Shown piece by piece: positions 28,630 through 36,465 of a stretch of DNA of 64,000 nucleotides. The notes under the pieces were generated by a model. That model made no database searches. It was not told the DNA's origin and saw only the letters and a program-made list of their open reading frames with translations. The stretch's first letter is position 1; the number at the start of each line of letters is the position of its first letter. The stretch lies in the IMG/VR virus record IMGVR_UViG_3300044796_000401; one strand, given 5' to 3'. This stretch comes from a virus (Duplodnaviria; Caudoviricetes). The position numbers and the translations under genes were made by a program.

Positions 28630-29405
28630 TGAACGCGCCGTTCAAGGACTTCGACGTGATGACGCGATGGGCAGCGTGCGCCAACGCTAAGAGGGAAGAC
28701 TGGAGATTCTACACCGTATTGCTCAAGGGGTGCACCGATCTGGGGGGGTTCTTATCACAGAAGTTCATCGAAGACGCCCTTCGCGAGAAGCTGGAACGCA
28801 ATGAGAAGTGCGGCGAGGGCGAGCGAATCCTTAATCCGGGCGGTGACGCAACGATTATCACGCTGCATGCCGAGCAGATTGAACGTCTCGCCCACGGCGA
28901 GGTTATCGTGATCGATGGGGTGGAACTGGTTTTCCTTCCCGACGAGCACTTTGCTACCGGGGCGGAGATCAAGGACTTCTACCTCAACGGGTGGGACGAC
29001 GACTATTACTACGAGCCGGACAACGCCTCCGTGCAGATCGAGGACGAAAACGGCAAGTGGATCGCCGAAGACAGCCGCCTTTACAGGCTGGCTGACCTCG
29101 GGACCTTGCATTGGCAAAATGCCCCTGAACTGGACAAACCGGACTTTCTCGATTTCGAGAAAGCCTTCCTCGCATGGAAGAAAAACAAGCAGTACGAGAT
29201 CGTCATCAACGGGAAGAAGTACAAGCGGACGAGCCCGCAATCGTACTTCGACATCGCGGGCACATGGGGCAACGCCCCGGCATTCGTGACCGTGATGTAC
29301 GACCACGCCGACGCCCCGAAGGAATGCGGCACGCTCGATCCCGGCGAGTCCGTCAAGGTCAAGGACGGAACGATTTTCGACGCATCTGCAATTTCGATTC
29401 GGTGA
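28626..29405 (+). CDS. Hypothetical protein
   Basis: 259-aa ORF with GTGA overlap. Confidence 0.6.
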   Translation: MMNAPFKDFDVMTRWAACANAKREDWRFYTVLLKGCTDLGGFLSQKFIEDALREKLERNEKCGEGERILNPGGDATIITLHAEQIERLAHGEVIVIDGVELVFLPDEHFATGAEIKDFYLNGWDDDYYYEPDNASVQIEDENGKWIAEDSRLYRLADLGTLHWQNAPELDKPDFLDFEKAFLAWKKNKQYEIVINGKKYKRTSPQSYFDIAGTWGNAPAFVTVMYDHADAPKECGTLDPGESVKVKDGTIFDASAISIR

Positions 29406-29411
29406 CGGACA

Positions 29412-29702
29412 ATGCTTAACCTCAAGAAAGTGTTCGACAAGTACAACGACAGGGAATTCCTAAGGTTCGAGCGTGTCGAGTCGCCCCTCAGCGAGCGCCC
29501 CGACCTGTGCGCCTTTCTCCTCCTCGATTCCATCGCGCCGGGCAAGTCCGACATGGTGAGCGGGGCCGACCATGATGAGATTTGGCTCTTTGTGGACACG
29601 GAGGCCCTCGCGGAGAAGGCGACCGAGGAGCAAATCCTCACCTTGGTCCGTTGCGGCATCATGTACGACGAGGAATTCGAATCCTTGGCAATGTTCGTAT
29701 AA
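29412..29702 (+). CDS. Hypothetical acidic protein
   Basis: 96-aa ORF. Confidence 0.6.
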   Translation: MLNLKKVFDKYNDREFLRFERVESPLSERPDLCAFLLLDSIAPGKSDMVSGADHDEIWLFVDTEALAEKATEEQILTLVRCGIMYDEEFESLAMFV

Positions 29703-29758
29703 GCTTCTCGCCAGCTATTCGGGTTGACGAAATCTATCTCGTGAGGTATGGTGGTATC

Positions 29759-29959
29759 ATGACACTCGGACAAGCATTCCTCCCCTTCGGTCGCTTTGCC
29801 ATCTCTTTCGCTGCCGGAGCCATGCTGGTCGGCGGCCTGACTCTCCGCCTCTGGTGGGGGACATGGGGCGGGGTTGGCCAAGGTGCCGCCGTTAGTTTCA
29901 TTTCCGGCATCATCTTGACCCTGCTCGCGCTCCTCATCAACTTCGCAGAGGAACTCTAG
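29759..29959 (+). CDS. Small two-TM protein
   Basis: TTGACG-17-TATGGT promoter ending 6 nt before the ATG. Confidence 0.55.
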   Translation: MTLGQAFLPFGRFAISFAAGAMLVGGLTLRLWWGTWGGVGQGAAVSFISGIILTLLALLINFAEEL

Positions 29960-30037
29960 GCGAAGACCGGATTCAGGTTGCTGGTTCCAGTAACGGCAGG
30001 CCGAGCCGGGAATCGGGCCAAGATCGAAGGAAAGAAA

Positions 30038-30244
30038 ATGAAACTCAAATTCGTATTACCGGTAGTTATGCTGCTAACAGTGGGGGTTCTCGCCACGTTG
30101 GCTGCGCGCTCCCCTAGCTGCACGAACTGGATGAAGCAGAACAACGGCTGCTATTGGATGGAATGCGTCGGCGACGACGGAGTCCAGCGCTGCTACGAGC
30201 AGTGCCCCGGACAAAGGGTTGCTCATCAAGTGAGATGCCAGTAA
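30038..30244 (+). CDS. Small secreted Cys-rich protein
   Basis: Signal peptide and six Cys. Confidence 0.5.
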   Translation: MKLKFVLPVVMLLTVGVLATLAARSPSCTNWMKQNNGCYWMECVGDDGVQRCYEQCPGQRVAHQVRCQ

Positions 30245-30343
30245 TACCAAACTTGGCCGAGTAGCTGAACAGTAGTATAACGGACGCCCAAACGTTCGCA
30301 ACAGCCTTAAAGTACGCTATAACGTTGTACGGAGGGGGAAGCC

Positions 30344-30703
30344 GTGAAACGAGTCCTGAAGAGCACTCTGGCAGCAACCGTACTCGGACTTTCGATGGCG
30401 GGCTGCGCTACGGGGTCTCGCGTAGTGGTGCGCGCTGTTCCCGTCAAAGATGTAGCTCCCGGCGAGCGCTATTTTCAGGACATGGTATTCCTTTCTTGCG
30501 GCACGGTCACGGTGAAAAGCGACAGCGGCGGAAAGTACACCGTTTATGTCCCGCATGCCAGAGAAGTCGTTACTGCTGCGGGCGAGGTCATCGTGAATCC
30601 CAAGGTAGAGCCTTGGCGGGACGCTCCGAGCAGGACCTTTGCTGGTGTGCTGTTTGTCGAAGTCGATGACGGCGAAGACGGATGTCAAAATACGCCACAA
30701 TGA
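30344..30703 (+). CDS. Putative lipoprotein
   Basis: MAGC lipobox; GGAGG upstream. Confidence 0.55.
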   Translation: MKRVLKSTLAATVLGLSMAGCATGSRVVVRAVPVKDVAPGERYFQDMVFLSCGTVTVKSDSGGKYTVYVPHAREVVTAAGEVIVNPKVEPWRDAPSRTFAGVLFVEVDDGEDGCQNTPQ

Positions 30704-30797
30704 CGGGGGCGGAGAAGCCGATCCTGTTGCAGGCGTTGGACAACTCTGATAAGATTTGATTTAGTTGCTCAGCTCCAGCGGGCAAATGGAGAAAAGT

Positions 30798-31184
30798 ATG
30801 AAGATCAGATTCAAGCTGTTGGTTCTAATCGCCGCCGCTGTTCTGCTCACGGGAATCGCAGTGGCACGGACTGTCGATGTGTCCGGCGAATGGCTTCTCA
30901 CGACGGGATGGGACCCCGAAGTGGGGATTATCAGGCTAACAACCTCTGCCAGCGGGTTCCAAGGGGTATATACCGCTGGTCTGGAGGAGGACGGGTATCA
31001 TTGCGACATCAAAGACGGCAAAGTAAGCAAGTCGAGGAAAGTCAGTTTCACCTTCGTCTGCGGCTCAGATGAAATAGAGGCGAGGCTGACAGGACGCATC
31101 GCCAAGGATGGGAACACCATCGAGGGGAGCGTCAACAACGGCGACGGCAAGAAGTACTACTTCACGATGACGAGGACAAAGTAA
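30798..31184 (+). CDS. Secreted beta-rich hypothetical protein
   Basis: Signal peptide MKIRFKLLVLIAAAVLL...; DVSGEW motif. Confidence 0.6.
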   Translation: MKIRFKLLVLIAAAVLLTGIAVARTVDVSGEWLLTTGWDPEVGIIRLTTSASGFQGVYTAGLEEDGYHCDIKDGKVSKSRKVSFTFVCGSDEIEARLTGRIAKDGNTIEGSVNNGDGKKYYFTMTRTK

Positions 31185-31496
31185 GAGCCGCAGTATTAGA
31201 TGAGTGGCTGGGCCGCTTGCCGATAAGGCAAGCCCACTGTCAGACACTACGTCCCGAATCTGACGACAAAGGGACGGTTCGTGAGGGTCGGTCCAGCCAA
31301 TTTTTTTATGGGTTGCCAGCAGAATGAAACGATACGTGAAACGATACGTGAAACGATACGTGATTCAGTTCACCGCTAAGATGGTTGGATGCGATTCGAC
31401 AAGCGGCTATCCGGTTGTGACGGAAATGCTGCAAGACCTCGGCAAGGTACGGACTACGGAACTGCCCAGCGGCTTGATTTCGTTCCCCAAAAACAG

Positions 31497-32175
31497 GGGA
31501 ATTATCCCTTTAAGTACACAAAAAATCTTGTAACTATCTTGTTTTCAACACAATACAACTAGCTAAAATCCCCGCACGGAGGTATACTAAGAGCATGAAA
31601 TATACAAGCATAAAATCCTACCTTAAATCGTACGCCATTTATGGCCACCGGAGCACGTCCATCAGTCATGGGTTTGCATCCGCTATCGCCCCCATTGAAA
31701 CCTATGATGAATCGCGTATTAAGCAAGCACTAGCCTCGCTTGGTCAAGACCCCAACAACCTGACTTGTGTGTTTTGTGGTAAAGAAGCGGAGACTTGGGA
31801 CCATCTGGTTAATCTGGTGCTCGACGGACAACTTCACGGCTACGGCCATCAACTGGGCAATTTGCTGCCCTGCTGTCGTCGCTGTAACTCCAAGAAGGGT
31901 GGACGCAATTGGCGAGAATACCTGCACGAAACCGCACCCAATGAAGCCGAGTACGAACGCAAGAGCGGTGCGATACAAATCTACCTCGACACTTATGCCC
32001 GTCCTGTCAACACTGAAGAAATGAAAATTGTATGCCCCGAAGATTGGAAGCGGTTTTGCGAAATCAAACAACAAATTTTCTCGCTCATGCGGGAAGCGGA
32101 CGAGATTGCCCCCCGTTTAAGGGAGGCCGCTTTACTCCAACGCTCACAAATTGTGGAGTTAAAGGGATAATTCCC
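31497..32175 (+). mobile_element. Non-autonomous IS1595-type cassette carrying an HNH gene
   Basis: 17-bp perfect inverted repeats GGGAATTATCCCTTTAA; perfect 8-bp duplication AAAAACAG (31489-31496 and 32176-32183); no transposase. Confidence 0.92.
31595..32170 (+). CDS. HNH endonuclease (cassette passenger)
   Basis: CVFCG...WDHLV...GNLLPCCRRCNSKKG; leaderless start; stop codon lies inside the right TIR. Confidence 0.85.
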   Translation: MKYTSIKSYLKSYAIYGHRSTSISHGFASAIAPIETYDESRIKQALASLGQDPNNLTCVFCGKEAETWDHLVNLVLDGQLHGYGHQLGNLLPCCRRCNSKKGGRNWREYLHETAPNEAEYERKSGAIQIYLDTYARPVNTEEMKIVCPEDWKRFCEIKQQIFSLMREADEIAPRLREAALLQRSQIVELKG

Positions 32176-32186
32176 AAAAACAGTTC

Positions 32187-32216
32187 TTGACAGTTTTCCG
32201 GCTACCGCGGTATTAT
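32187..32216 (+). promoter_or_regulatory. Sigma70-type promoter of tRNA operon 1
   Basis: TTGACA-18-TATTAT. Confidence 0.8.
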
Positions 32217-32222
32217 ACAGAC

Positions 32223-32303
32223 ATGGTTCGCATACCCATATCGTCGTCATCCAGTAGCCCCTCAGGGGCGGGCGGCGGTGTGCGCGATACCTTCGAAGAT
32301 TAA
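32223..32303 (+). CDS. Leader peptide of the Ser/Ile tRNA operon (MVRIPISSSSSSPSGAGGGVRDTFED)
   Basis: Leaderless ATG; codons ATA CCC ATA TCG TCG TCA TCC AGT AGC. Confidence 0.75.
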   Translation: MVRIPISSSSSSPSGAGGGVRDTFED

Positions 32304-32326
32304 GAGAGCACACAGAAGCAGTAAGC

Positions 32327-32360
32327 GCCGCCAGACAGTTTTGGCGGCTTTTTTGTTTTT
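32327..32360 (+). terminator. Intrinsic terminator/attenuator upstream of tRNA-Ser
   Basis: GCCGCCA/TGGCGGC stem plus U tract; left arm complementary to leader segment GGCGGCG (32271-32277). Confidence 0.8.
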
Positions 32361-32363
32361 AGC

Positions 32364-32455
32364 GGAGACGTGGGTGAATTGGCAAAACCACCACACTGCT
32401 AATGTGGGGCTTCCAGAGATGGGGCATCCGGGGTCGAGACCCGGCGTCTCCGCCA
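32364..32455 (+). tRNA. tRNA-Ser(GCT)
   Basis: GGAGACG/CGTCTCC acceptor, CT-GCT-AA loop, long variable arm, G73-CCA. Confidence 0.9.
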
Positions 32456-32464
32456 AGTTTAAGC

Positions 32465-32556
32465 AGTCCCGTAGTTTAACGGTAAAACAGCGGTCTTATA
32501 AGCCGCAAGCTCTCGATTGGAGCGCGTTGAAGGTTCGAATCCTTCCGGGACTACCA
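32465..32556 (+). tRNA. tRNA-Ile(TAT) with a long variable arm
   Basis: AGTCCCG/CGGGACT acceptor, CT-TAT-AA loop, TTCGAAT, A73-CCA. Confidence 0.8.
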
Positions 32557-32560
32557 GTTT

Positions 32561-32642
32561 GGGGACGTGGCTGAGTGGCTTAAGGCGCACACTTGGAAAG
32601 CGTGAAAGCGTGCCGTGGGTTCGACTCCCACCGTCCCCGCCA
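32561..32642 (+). tRNA. tRNA-Ser(GGA)
   Basis: GGGGACG/CGTCCCC acceptor, TT-GGA-AA loop, G73-CCA. Confidence 0.85.
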
Positions 32643-32653
32643 AAGTTGAATAC

Positions 32654-32748
32654 GGCGAGTTGGCTCAGTGGCTACAGCACCCGCCTCGAAAGCGGGCAAA
32701 TGTCGGTGATCCCGGCATACGGGGGTTCGAGTCCCTCACTCGCCGCCA
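32654..32748 (+). tRNA. tRNA-Ser(CGA)
   Basis: GGCGAGT/ACTCGCC acceptor, CT-CGA-AA loop, long variable arm, CCA. Confidence 0.9.
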
Positions 32749-32799
32749 AAATTGTGAATGTAAGGATTGAACTATCAACTCCTATGTATGGAGGCATTT

Positions 32800-33498
32800 A
32801 TGGTAGTTCATACGGTGTATAAAACCACAAACTTGGTCAACACTTGTTTTTACATAGGCATGCATAAAACGGCAAATCCGAACGACTCGTATTTGGGGTC
32901 GGGCACGGTGATAAAACGGGCGATCAAGAAACATGGTGCAGATAGGTTCAAAAAAGAAGTTCTGTTCGTCTTTCTAACCGCAAAAGAGGCCGCGGACAAA
33001 GAAGCTGAACTGTTGTTAGCTGAGAAAGTCAGCCCGCTTTGCTACAACTTGCACGAGGGCGGTAGCGGGGGTTTTGAATACATTAACAAGCACTATGCTC
33101 ATATGAAGCGTAAGTTGTTTAAGAAGGCTGAAATCGTTAGGCTAGAAAAGTTAAGGACCGATCCCGAGTTTCGCAAACGCGTTGGTGAACGAATCAGTAA
33201 GGCCCAACGCAAGAAATACAAAAGTGACCCAGAATTTCTGGAAGCCGCCAGAAGAAGAGTTTTGCTGCTTCAGCCGTCAGCCGTGGAGGTTTGGCGTGGA
33301 CAGAAGCACACTAAAGAGACCAGAAAAATTCTCAGCGACAACCACCGGGGGGAGCGGAATTCAATGTTTGGAATGCATTGGATGTATAATGATGACACCC
33401 AACAGTCGAAGCGGTTTCCTAAAAATGAAACAACAGCACAGCAACAGGTAGGATGGCAGTTGGGAAGAAAATTCTACGGAAGAGTGGCCGAACGGTAA
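32800..33498 (+). CDS. GIY-YIG (Seg-like) homing endonuclease with a NUMOD3-type region
   Basis: VYKTTNLVN..FYIGMH......YLGSG; GQKHTKETRKILS; 3' end overlaps tRNA-Ser(TGA). Confidence 0.85.
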   Translation: MVVHTVYKTTNLVNTCFYIGMHKTANPNDSYLGSGTVIKRAIKKHGADRFKKEVLFVFLTAKEAADKEAELLLAEKVSPLCYNLHEGGSGGFEYINKHYAHMKRKLFKKAEIVRLEKLRTDPEFRKRVGERISKAQRKKYKSDPEFLEAARRRVLLLQPSAVEVWRGQKHTKETRKILSDNHRGERNSMFGMHWMYNDDTQQSKRFPKNETTAQQQVGWQLGRKFYGRVAER

Positions 33499-33568
33499 GG
33501 CATCCGCCTTGAAAGCGGACGATGCCTTGAAAGGGTTATGGGGGTTCGAATCTCCCCCTCTTCCTCCA
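33478..33568 (+). tRNA. tRNA-Ser(TGA)
   Basis: GGAAGAG/CTCTTCC acceptor, CT-TGA-AA loop, long variable arm, CCA. Confidence 0.88.
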
Positions 33569-33586
33569 TTTCCAGTATTAGTCCTT

Positions 33587-33711
33587 GCGTGGTGCCGCGA
33601 GCGGCAACGCCGCGGGGTGAAATAAAACTGTCAGGGACAAAGACCCCTAAGGGTGAATGGCGTTAACTGGCAGTAAAAGTAGCCGAGTGCCAACATTAAC
33701 CTTCACCACGC
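33587..33711 (+). ncRNA. Candidate structured non-coding RNA
   Basis: Ends pair (GCGTGGTG/CACCACGC); internal GCAA-tetraloop hairpin; further complementary pairs GGTGAA/TTCACC, GTTAA/TTAAC, TGGCA/TGCCA. Confidence 0.45.
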
Positions 33712-33718
33712 ACATCCT

Positions 33719-34015
33719 ATGGAAGAACACTATTGCGATGTCCAGATTTTCAAGGGTCCGTGCGACTGCAAGATAAGCTGCGAGAAGTGCCGGATCGGCT
33801 GCTTCAAGCCCGCCAAGTTCCGGAACCCCTCGTACGATCCGGACGGGTTGGTGAAGGGCACGATCTACAATTACGCCGAATGGTTATGCGCTTCTCACTG
33901 GGATGAAGCGGTGGCATACAAGGAAGAGTATGACGACAGGGTGGAACAGGGGATGTCCGACGATTTTGACTGTAGGACAGGAACGAGATTTTTTGGCGGA
34001 GGACTAGCATGGTAA
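33719..34015 (+). CDS. Small Cys-rich hypothetical protein
   Basis: 98-aa ORF with several CxxC-like pairs. Confidence 0.55.
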   Translation: MEEHYCDVQIFKGPCDCKISCEKCRIGCFKPAKFRNPSYDPDGLVKGTIYNYAEWLCASHWDEAVAYKEEYDDRVEQGMSDDFDCRTGTRFFGGGLAW

Positions 34016-34317
34016 AGTACACGATCACGGCGAGCAAGGACTCGAAGACGGTCGCCGTCCGCTATCATCTGGAGGTCCCGGCCGGGGGGCCCGAGCTTAT
34101 CGCCCGCTTCTCCTTCTACGTGGACGGCAGCGACGCCATCAAGGAAAGCGCCTCGGGGAACACCGTGTTCAGCGGCACCGCGTTCGCCAAGCTCGCCGAT
34201 GGGGCCAAGGACGTGGCTGTGAGCTTCGCCATCTCGTCCAGCACCGGGTGGACGGCGGACGGCTCGGACACGCTGCGCGGCGGGCACCCGTATGACGACT
34301 CGGAGTTCTCGAACTGA
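34009..34317 (+). CDS. Hypothetical protein
   Basis: GGAGGA Shine-Dalgarno. Confidence 0.55.
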   Translation: MVKYTITASKDSKTVAVRYHLEVPAGGPELIARFSFYVDGSDAIKESASGNTVFSGTAFAKLADGAKDVAVSFAISSSTGWTADGSDTLRGGHPYDDSEFSN

Positions 34318-34510
34318 TGCACACGTGCAACAAGATGTTGCCGGACTCGGCGGGAGGATATTCGCAATGCCAAAAGCCTGCCGTTCGGTCTGCACTGCTT
34401 GGCTGGTGCGGCGATGTTTTCCAGCACCGCATAAAACCCAGCAGCATACGGTTGGTCTCGCCACATCAACTGAGGTAGCCAAAATCCCCGGTTCCCTGTA
34501 TACTACGGGT

Positions 34511-34822
34511 ATGGAAACCGTATCAGTTTACGTGCTCATCGAGTCGACCGTGCTCCCGAAGGGCAGGATCAACCGCAACGTGGGCGTCACCACGGACCTC
34601 GACGAGGCCAAGGACCACAAGGCCCGGAACCCCGTGCCGGGCACCGGCACCTCCTACATCGAATTTGACTACCAGGAATTCACCACCGCCACCGACCTCT
34701 TCGTGGCTGGCGCTGAATCCGCGCTTTTTATGAAAGAAATGGAGCAGTTCAAGGAAACCGTCCAAGGCGTCCGCGACAGGCTCGTGGACACCATGATGGG
34801 AAGGCAACCGCATGCTCGATAA
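34511..34822 (+). CDS. Hypothetical protein
   Basis: Leaderless start 6 nt after TATACT. Confidence 0.6.
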   Translation: METVSVYVLIESTVLPKGRINRNVGVTTDLDEAKDHKARNPVPGTGTSYIEFDYQEFTTATDLFVAGAESALFMKEMEQFKETVQGVRDRLVDTMMGRQPHAR

Positions 34823-35241
34823 CCAGCAATGGGATACGTTGCAGGACCGGATCGCCAGCGCCATATGCGCCAGCACGGGCGGAACAACCCAAGGCGGCGG
34901 CCGAACAGTATGACAAGATGTTCAAGTATCGCCGCGGCTGCAGCATGATCTTGCTGGACAAGTGGAGCGAGGCCTCGTGGATGCGCAAGCGCCCGACGTG
35001 GCACACCGCGGGCTATTCGCCATCGCTCGAAGAGGCGTTGGCCGTCTTCGAAAAGGACTGGAAAAATGGCGGTTGACCAAAAGGCGACATTCAAGAGCGA
35101 GCGTTCGGCGTTCCTCGTGAAGCCGCCCGCCTGCTACTGGTGCCTCGACGCCAAGCGGGTCGCCGTCACGCCCTTCACCACGGAGCAGCATGACAACGGC
35201 ACCGTCCCGGTGAAGGAATGCCCATACTGCAAGGGGAAATA

Positions 35242-35559
35242 ATGGAGTCCCTCGGACCCAAGCCGACCGCGAAACAGATGGAGACGCTCAAGAAGCTGTG
35301 CGAAGAGGGCGTGGAAATCCATTGGTGGTCCGGTCTTCGCAGCCCCGACCATGCTTCGATTGTGTGGAAGGATGCCGCCGGGGCCAGCTTCGGATCGGAA
35401 CGATTTCGTACCGACACGCTTTACAAGTTCCGCACGTGGGGCTGGATCGAGGCGATCGGCGACCCGGCTTGGGCGTGGCGGAACAACGAGTACCGCATCA
35501 CCGAAAATGGACGCAAGGTAGCGGAGATGGGAGCGATACGAAAGTCAAGGACCCCATAG
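35242..35559 (+). CDS. Hypothetical protein
   Basis: TAATG overlap; MESLGPKP... Confidence 0.55.
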   Translation: MESLGPKPTAKQMETLKKLCEEGVEIHWWSGLRSPDHASIVWKDAAGASFGSERFRTDTLYKFRTWGWIEAIGDPAWAWRNNEYRITENGRKVAEMGAIRKSRTP

Positions 35560-35592
35560 CTAAAGCTGGGGGTATCCGCAGCGGCATAAGAG

Positions 35593-35799
35593 ATGAGCAA
35601 AGCCGTCACGATCAAGTACCGCGGCGGGAGGCAGGAGATCAAGAGCCTCAAGGCCGACTACTGCTCCGGCGTGGTTCCAACGGGAAGCTCCACGTCCTAC
35701 CGGTGTTTCCGTCTCAACAATAAAGACGTGGGACGCGTGGCCGAGGGGAAATGCGACCCCGAGAAATGCGTGTTCTGCAAGCCAAGGAAAGAGGAATAA
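35593..35799 (+). CDS. Small Cys-containing protein
   Basis: 68-aa ORF abutting the next gene. Confidence 0.45.
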   Translation: MSKAVTIKYRGGRQEIKSLKADYCSGVVPTGSSTSYRCFRLNNKDVGRVAEGKCDPEKCVFCKPRKEE

Positions 35800-36261
35800 G
35801 TGGTTCCCTTAATCGCAGGCTTCCATCCCGGCTACGAGCGCAACGGCATCTACACGATAGAGGCCGTGCTGTCGCGGCTTGGCAACTCGTGGGCCGTGTT
35901 CGGCAACGACATAATCCCGGTCGTCTCCTTGCGGTACCAGGTTTTCGCCCGGTCGCTGGTTTGCGTAAGCTGCGGGCTCGAAGGAAAATATTTCGCCAAG
36001 GAGCGCAGCGCGAAGAAGCTCAGGGACGGCTCGGGCTTCAAGGCCACCGCCAAGGCTTGGCATTTCAATCTCTATGCGATGCGGGCGGATGGCCGGGAAG
36101 TCCTCATGACGAAAGACCATGTTCTCCCGAGATCAAAGGGCGGGCCGGACGTTCTTGAGAACCTACAGACCATGTGCGCCCCGTGCAATTGCCGGAAACG
36201 GGACAACCATCGCTATCAGGCGAGGCTTCCGTTCGAGGCCCGCGGGGAAAATTCCCGGTAG
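35800..36261 (+). CDS. HNH endonuclease
   Basis: CVSCG ... TKDHVLPRSKGGPDVLENLQTMCAPCNCRK. Confidence 0.85.
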   Translation: MVPLIAGFHPGYERNGIYTIEAVLSRLGNSWAVFGNDIIPVVSLRYQVFARSLVCVSCGLEGKYFAKERSAKKLRDGSGFKATAKAWHFNLYAMRADGREVLMTKDHVLPRSKGGPDVLENLQTMCAPCNCRKRDNHRYQARLPFEARGENSR

Positions 36262-36465
36262 AATTGGCAATTCCGTATTAGGCCTCATGATCATTCGGTT
36301 CGCCAATTTCGTGCTCATCCTGTGCTACATTCTTCTTGGGCACAATCGCTTTAGGGCTGGATGGGCCGCAAGCGTCACGGGAAATTTGATTTATGTGGCC
36401 ATGATGCTGCGCATGCACCGCTTTGACCTTGCATTTTTGCCAGCAACCTTCACAATACTAGCAGG

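Noticed and set aside
31325-31363. 12-bp triple repeat TGAAACGATACG as iterons or an operator
   Set aside because: In frame at the start of a small ORF (KRYV x3); most simply a slippage duplication.
34812-35078. Programmed frameshift joining two short frames
   Set aside because: A frame change looks likely but no slippery site or stimulatory structure was seen; mutation or sequencing error is equally plausible.
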